Source of the DNA: an uncultured Verrucomicrobiae bacterium
GTDB lineage: Bacteria; Verrucomicrobiota; Verrucomicrobiia; Chthoniobacterales; UBA10450
NCBI GenBank assembly: GCA_963834385.1
Contig: CAWIBO010000003.1
Span: forward strand, 416,001-480,000
Length of the DNA stretch: 64,000 nt
Direction of reading: 5' to 3'
Shown here: positions 58,218 through 64,000 of the stretch, one piece after another
Layout: every line of letters starts with the position of its first letter
Numbering within the stretch: the first letter of the stretch is position 1
Program-made: the position numbers and the translations under genes
The notes under the pieces: model-generated
The model's database searches: none
Seen by the model: only the letters and a program-made list of their open reading frames with translations
Told to the model about the DNA's origin: nothing

Positions 58218-60404
58218 ATGAAACTGTTCGCCCGGACAAAAAAGCCCCGTGCCAAAGGCAAGGGCCGCCACCGGCTCTTCCGGTATGGCGCCATTTCTCT
58301 GGTCCTGATGACGGTGGGCGGCGCCGGGGCGGCCGTCCTGGTCTTTTACGGCGCCTGGGCCCAGACCTTCGACATGCAGAAGCTCGGCGAGATGCCGGAG
58401 CGCAATACCGTCTTGGACGTGGACGGCCGGATTTACAGCCGCCTGGCCGGGGCCAACCGGCTCAAGGTGCCGCTGGAAAAAGTTTCCCCGTATTTCATCG
58501 ACGCGCTCCTGGCGCGCGAGGACACCCGTTTTTACCGGCACCAGGGGGTCGATCTCCGCGGCATTGCGCGCGCCCTCGTGCGCAACATCCAGAGCGGGGC
58601 CACCCGCGAGGGCGGCAGCACCATCACCCAGCAGCTTGCCCGCAACAGCCTCCCGCTCGGCGGCCGCACGCTGCACCGCAAAATCCTCGAGGCGATGGTG
58701 GCCTGGCGGATCGAGCGCGAATATTCCAAGGCGAAGATCCTCGAGCTTTATGTGAACAGGATCTATTTCGGCTCCGGCTGTTACGGGGTCGAAACCGCCT
58801 CGCACGCCTATTTCGGCAAGGAATCATCCCAGCTCACCCTTTCGGAAGCGGGCGTCCTCGCCGGCCTGATCCGCAGCCCAAATCGTTTCTCGCCGTTGCG
58901 CAATCCCGAGGGCGCGGCCCAGCAGCGGAACGTGGTCCTCGAGCGCATGCTCGAGCTGGGCAAGATCTCCGCCGAACAGGCCCGCGCGGCCAGGGCGACC
59001 AAAGTAGTCTCCCGGCCGAACAAGCTCCCGATGATCCAGGAGAACTACGCCATGGACGCGGTCCAGCGTGACCTCAACCTGCTCATCAGCGAGGACCTGA
59101 TCGACCAGGGCGGTCTGCAAATATATACGACGCTCGATCCCGTGGTGCAGAACGCCGCGACCGAGGCGCTGGAGGTCCATCTCTCCAAGATCGAGAAACA
59201 GTCCGGCTACAAACACATGCGCAAAAAGGATTACCGGCCGCCGGAAGGGTCGGAGGATTCCTCCATGCCCTACCTCGAGGGGGCCGTGGTCGTGGTGGAC
59301 AACGGGAGCGGCGGCATTCGCGCGCTCGTGGGCGGCCGCGATTTCGGCCAGAGCAAATTCAATCGCGCCCTTTCCCCAGCCAACCGACAGGTCGGGTCCG
59401 CTTTCAAGCCGTTCGTCTACGCCCTCGCTTTCAGCCATGGCCTGCTTCCCGGCGCCGCCATCAGCGACGACGCCATCGCCCCGGGCGAAATCGGCGGCGC
59501 GGGCAACTGGAGCCCGGGAAATTCCGATGGCCGGTTCAACGGCATCCAGCCGGCCTCCTACGGCCTCATCCATTCGCGCAACACCATGAGCGTGCGCGTG
59601 GGCCAGATCGCCGGCCTGCCTTATGTCAAAAAGATGGCGGAAACGCTCGGGCTCGGCCCCAATGTCCCGGAAGGCCCGGCCACCTTTATCGGATCCTTTG
59701 AGAGTAACCTGAAGGATCTGACCGCGGCCTTCACCATTTTCCCCAATGCCGGTGTCCGGCGTCAGTCCTACATCATTGAGCGGATTGACGACGCCAATAA
59801 TCGTCCAATTTACCGCGCGGCCCACCTGACTTTGCCGGTGGTCGATCCCGGCTCGGCCTGGATGACCTCGCAGATGATGGAAAAGGTGATGGAGAGCGGC
59901 ACCGCCGCGGTCTCACGTTCGCTTGGGTTCAAGCTCCCGGCCGCCGGCAAGACCGGGACAACGAACGATTACAAGGACGCCTGGTTTGTCGGCTACACCA
60001 GCGCGCTCACCTGCGGCGTCTGGGTGGGGTTCGACCAGCCGGCCACGATCATGTCGCGCGGCTACGGCTCGGCCCTCGCCCTCCCGGTCTGGACCCAGAC
60101 GATGTTGAAAAGTTCGAAGCGATATCCAGCCCGTGAATTCCAGGCGCCCGTGCCGATTTCGCGCGCTCTCGTCTGTTCCCTCTCCAACCAGCTTGCCACC
60201 GGCGGCTGCCGCGGAGCCGGCGCCGCCTACGAGGCGACCATTCCCTCGGACAAGGTGCCGCCCAGTCCCTGCCAGTTCCACGGGGGCGACGATTTCCAGT
60301 TTGCGCAGCAGCTTGATAACGTGGGCAACACGGTCAAGCGCGAGATGAAGGAAGCGCCGCGCCGTTTCTGGAAAAAATTCCGCGGCCTCTTCGGCGGAAA
60401 CTAG
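58218..60404 (+). CDS. Class A penicillin-binding protein (PBP1A family)
   Basis: EDTRFY, GGSTITQQLARN, RKILE, YVNRIYFG; SAFK, SRN, KTGTT. Confidence 0.95.
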   Translation: MKLFARTKKPRAKGKGRHRLFRYGAISLVLMTVGGAGAAVLVFYGAWAQTFDMQKLGEMPERNTVLDVDGRIYSRLAGANRLKVPLEKVSPYFIDALLAREDTRFYRHQGVDLRGIARALVRNIQSGATREGGSTITQQLARNSLPLGGRTLHRKILEAMVAWRIEREYSKAKILELYVNRIYFGSGCYGVETASHAYFGKESSQLTLSEAGVLAGLIRSPNRFSPLRNPEGAAQQRNVVLERMLELGKISAEQARAARATKVVSRPNKLPMIQENYAMDAVQRDLNLLISEDLIDQGGLQIYTTLDPVVQNAATEALEVHLSKIEKQSGYKHMRKKDYRPPEGSEDSSMPYLEGAVVVVDNGSGGIRALVGGRDFGQSKFNRALSPANRQVGSAFKPFVYALAFSHGLLPGAAISDDAIAPGEIGGAGNWSPGNSDGRFNGIQPASYGLIHSRNTMSVRVGQIAGLPYVKKMAETLGLGPNVPEGPATFIGSFESNLKDLTAAFTIFPNAGVRRQSYIIERIDDANNRPIYRAAHLTLPVVDPGSAWMTSQMMEKVMESGTAAVSRSLGFKLPAAGKTGTTNDYKDAWFVGYTSALTCGVWVGFDQPATIMSRGYGSALALPVWTQTMLKSSKRYPAREFQAPVPISRALVCSLSNQLATGGCRGAGAAYEATIPSDKVPPSPCQFHGGDDFQFAQQLDNVGNTVKREMKEAPRRFWKKFRGLFGGN

Positions 60405-60407
60405 CGG

Positions 60408-61346
60408 TTACCGTCCAGCGGCGATGTGCCGGGCCATGGGGTAGAGCGCAGGGCAGCAGCCGATCGTTTCGCAGAAGGCCTTGCTGAAATGACTGAGGCT
60501 GTTGTAGCCCACCTCGATGGCGGCCTCGCTCACATTATAGCGTCCGCTCCGGAGCAGTTCGGCCGCCCGTTCCATGCGCAGGTTGCGCAGGTATTGCGGA
60601 ATGGTCAGGCCGGCTTCCCGGGAAAAAATCCGGCTCAGGTAAAAGGAGGAGCAGCCGACTTCCTGCCCGAGCGCCTCGAGCGAGGGGGGATGAACCAGAT
60701 CCCGCGCCAGCAGTTCCTTGGTGCGCTCGACCCGGTCGCGCGCCACCCGCTTCTGGCGCATGCAGAAGAGTTCCGGGTCCTTGGGGGTGAAAAGAAAATG
60801 CGCCATCAGCTCGAGCGCCTTGCTCTGGTACCAGAGGCTCTGGGCCGCGCGCGCCACCGGGGGCTGGTTCAGGCTGGCGACCACGTCGCGCTGTTGCACG
60901 GTCATGGCCTGCGGGGCGGAAACCACCGCTGCGGCTTTCTCACCGAAGACGGCCGCGCGCATCTGCGTATCGAGGTCGCCCTCGTGCGCGGCGAGCTGGC
61001 GTTGCAGGTGTGGCCGCGAAAATTCCAGGGTGGCGAACTGATGCCGGTCGCGTCCCTGGCGCGATGCCTGGAGCGGTTCCTCGCGCACGGCGTAGTAGCC
61101 GGAAGTGCCGGGAACGTAGGCGCGATGCTGGCCGTTCCCGACCGCGCCGCGCCCGCTCAGGTTAAGGCAAAACTCCACGCTGTTCGGGTGAAAACTGCGG
61201 CCCCAGTCAAGCGGACGGCTGATCTGAAAATCGTGCCATTCCACGCTCACCCCGAGCTCGTCGAAGTTCCCGTAGAGCTCGCGCCAGCCGTGGGCGACGG
61301 CGCGCCACGCCCCCTGTTCGGGCTGGGTGGAAGCGGAATTTTGCAT
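60408..61346 (-). CDS. AraC family transcriptional regulator
   Basis: PPSLEALGQEVG..LRMERAAELL..VSEAAIEVGYNSLSHFSKAF. Confidence 0.93.
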   Translation of the reverse strand: MQNSASTQPEQGAWRAVAHGWRELYGNFDELGVSVEWHDFQISRPLDWGRSFHPNSVEFCLNLSGRGAVGNGQHRAYVPGTSGYYAVREEPLQASRQGRDRHQFATLEFSRPHLQRQLAAHEGDLDTQMRAAVFGEKAAAVVSAPQAMTVQQRDVVASLNQPPVARAAQSLWYQSKALELMAHFLFTPKDPELFCMRQKRVARDRVERTKELLARDLVHPPSLEALGQEVGCSSFYLSRIFSREAGLTIPQYLRNLRMERAAELLRSGRYNVSEAAIEVGYNSLSHFSKAFCETIGCCPALYPMARHIAAGR

Positions 61347-61405
61347 CCGCCGTTAATAAGGGTGGTGCGCCGTGGGCGCAAGCGCCAGGCCTCGCTCCGC
61401 GCCGA

Positions 61406-63660
61406 TCAGAACTTGAGGGAGAACCCCGCGTAATAATTCCGGCCATACGCCGGATCGATCCCGGCATCGGTGATACGGGAATAATAGTCCTCGTCGAAAA
61501 GGTTGTTTATCCCGCGTTGATCGAGACGAAATCCTTGTAGATTTTTGCCTCCATGCTGAGATCGCAAACGGCATAGGCCGGCACCACCCGATTCGGGGTG
61601 TTTCCGTCATCGGCATACGATTCGCCGGAGAAGGTGCTCAGGAACGCCAGCTTCATCCGCTCCTTCCAGCGATAGACCAGCCCGGCCCGGACAAGGTAAT
61701 CGGGCGCGTAGCGCGGCGTTTTTCCGTCCAGCGGTCCCCGCACGAATTCGGCGTCGAGCAGGGTCGCGTTCGCCAGCAGGCTGAGCGTGCCGAACCGGTC
61801 CGTCAGGGAAGGATCGGGAGCGGCCACGTTTTTCCCCTTTGCCTCCGGCGGCGCCGGCGAGGAAGGGGCAACGCCGAAGAGAGCGTCGGCAAGCCCGATC
61901 AACTCGAGTTCCATCGCCGTTTCCACCCCGCGATGCAGCGCCCGTCCGACATTGGCCACGGTGCTGCGGCCGCCCTCCAGCCCGAGGGTGCCAATCTGGT
62001 CGTCGAAATCCATGATGAACCCGCTCACGTCCCAGGAAAACCAGAGGCGGGGGCTGCCGCGCAAACCGACTTCATATTGCAGCGCGCGGCTCTCGTTCAG
62101 GTCGTCCGGCACCAACGCGGTGCCGCCGGTGGGCACGGCCTGGGTGAAAATCTTGGGCCGGTACGATTGCGAAACATTCCCGTAAAGCGCGACCCGTTTC
62201 GCCAGCTCCACCTCGGCGCCGATCCCGAAAAGCGGAACAATGTCGTGGATCTCCTCGTCGGCCAGCGGGGTGCCCGCGGCCTCCTTGTCCTTGTTGACCC
62301 GCTCATCCACTCCCTGCCAGATATTCTCGAGACGAAAGCCGGGGGTGAGCGAGAGCGGTCCCCAATGGAAACGGTTTTCCACGAAAACAGGCGCGTAAAA
62401 GATGCTGCGATCGGTGTCGCGGCGCAGTTCGCCGCCCCGCGCGGAAGAGGTCTGGCCGAGGCGATCCTGCCGCGGCGAATCGGTCCCGTAGATCTGGAAA
62501 CCGCCGGCCAGGGTGTGTTCGCCGCCCCAGAGCGGATAATCGTGCCGCAGCCGCGCCTCGAAGCCGCCGGTGTAAAACTGCTGGTACTCGATCGAGGTGG
62601 TCTCCGCCGCCGGGCCGGCCGGGAGCCGCCCGAAGCCGCCGCCGCGCTGGCGGGAGCTGTAACGCGAGTAGTAATTGCCCCAGCCGGTGACGGTGAGTTT
62701 TGTGTCCGGCGAAAAATCGCGCTCCCAGGCGAGCGACCCGGCGTAACGATGCAGCTCGAAGACATCGAAAAAGCGCGTGGTCGCCCCGCGATCATCGTTG
62801 TAGTTCACGAACCCGGGTCCCAGGGCAAAGGTAAGGCCGCCCGGTTCGCCATGGCTTTCCTCGTAACTGTCGAGCGAAAGGATCCAGCGACTGTCGGTCG
62901 TCGCGTCCAGAACCAGCTTGATGTGGGCCGCCTTGAGGTCGACCGCGCTGTTGGCCTCGCGAAAACCATCGGTCTGCCGGTGATTAAAGTATCCGTAATA
63001 GCCGACGCGCTCGATCGTCCCGTCAAAGTGGGTAAAGCTCGAGTAATAGTCGTCGCTCCCGAAAATCTGGGTGGTCCCAAACGAAAACGGCCGGTCCTGC
63101 CGCGGGCGATGAGTCACGAAGTTGATCGCTCCGCCCGGCTGCGGGCCGAACATGAGGGCGGCGCCGCCGCGATAGAATTCGATGCGGTCGACCGTGTCGA
63201 GGGGCGGCGTGTAATAGGCCTCCGGGTAACCGAACTGGTCGGCATGGATCGGGATGCCATCTTTCAGGACCTGGGTGTACTGGACGCGTCCCGGATCGAG
63301 GCCGCGGTAGCCGATGCTCAGCAGCGGCGTGCTCTCTTCGCTCAGGTAGAGGCCCGGGGTCAGCATCAGGGCCTGCCGATAGTTGTTGCCGTTGATGCGC
63401 GGGAGAGTGTCGAGATCCAGCACCGTCGTTTTTTTCCCGGCGTTGATCTTTGTTCCCTGGACGGCAGGCAGGAACGGTCCCTGGATGGTCTCATCCGACT
63501 CGGCCTCGCCGTAGACGACCACCTGGTCGGAAATCAAACCCATGTTGATCGAGACAGCCTCCTGTGCGCTGCTCGTCACGGGCGAGTAAAGCGAAAGACC
63601 CAGTCCGCCGAGAAGGACGAGCCGGCGCCACCGGCGCCAGGAGCAAAAAACAGGATGCAT
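61406..63660 (-). CDS. TonB-dependent receptor (FecA-like), 1-nt slip near 61512
   Basis: Plug IGYRGL..DGIPI..IEFYRGGAALMFGPQPGGAINFVT; the C-terminus INNLFDEDYYSR..GRNYYAGFSLKF* lies in the adjacent frame. Confidence 0.92.
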
Positions 63661-63747
63661 CGGGAAATCGTGACACCGGCCAGGCGGTCGCGCTCCCGCT
63701 GGTTTGCTATTTTTTAGCGGCAGATTGCGCAGGGGCCGCCCCGCCGA

Positions 63748-64000
63748 TTAATGCCGAAATCCGTGTTTGAGGACGAAGAATGTGGGTTGCAGCGGTGCCA
63801 GGGGTTCGCGCAATTTGTCCACCTCCCCGGCCGGGCCGTGGATCTCGACGCGGGAGAGGTCGGAGATGGTCAGGATTTCCTTGATCAACGCGTCCACGCT
63901 TTGCAGATGGGCCAGCAGAGCAGCGGCATCCCGGTAGGCTTCCCGGCAATGCGCTTCGTCCCCGGCAAAGCTGAAGCCGTAAAAGAGGCAACCTTCTTCG
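63748..64000 (-). CDS. ABM/putative quinol monooxygenase-like protein (5' end off window)
   Basis: Manual translation EEGCLFYGFSFAGDEAHCREAYRDAAALLAHLQSV..RVEIHGP..KLREPL..GFRH*. Confidence 0.7.
   Translation of the reverse strand, partial: EEGCLFYGFSFAGDEAHCREAYRDAAALLAHLQSVDALIKEILTISDLSRVEIHGPAGEVDKLREPLAPLQPTFFVLKHGFRH

Noticed and set aside
63707..63991. Tracked 94-aa minus-strand ORF
   Set aside because: Wrong frame; the ABM-like frame ending at 63748 is the plausible gene.

Overview
GC-rich bacterial chromosome segment. Gene content (tandem TolB-like/TPR proteins, prepilin H-X9-DG-type protein, ARC/Dop, receiver-DUF4388-kinase-like fusion) suggests Verrucomicrobiota, probably Chthoniobacterales; this is inference. 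The backbone carries a sugar ABC transporter with a GH31 glucosidase, sppA, a partial Pup/UBact-type locus (arc, dop), glgP, MATE, rhomboid, infC, two ECF sigmas, aroB, holA, uvrB, nnr, two amidases, lysS, PBP1A and an AraC/TonB-dependent receptor pair. Scattered single-base frameshifts look like long-read errors. The main accessory feature is a visibly lower-GC region (~10.06-19.46 kb) ending at the 3' end of a tRNA-Asp(GTC). It has repeated copies of the tRNA 3'-end core (10870, degenerate 11457, 12201), two kinds of direct repeats, two toxin-antitoxin loci joined tail-to-tail with both toxins truncated, a DUF2779 nuclease and a DUF1643 gene, and no visible integrase. It also holds the best candidate for an undescribed system: a shortened FtsA homologue lacking its membrane anchor, translationally coupled to an AAA+ ATPase and followed by two small helical proteins.
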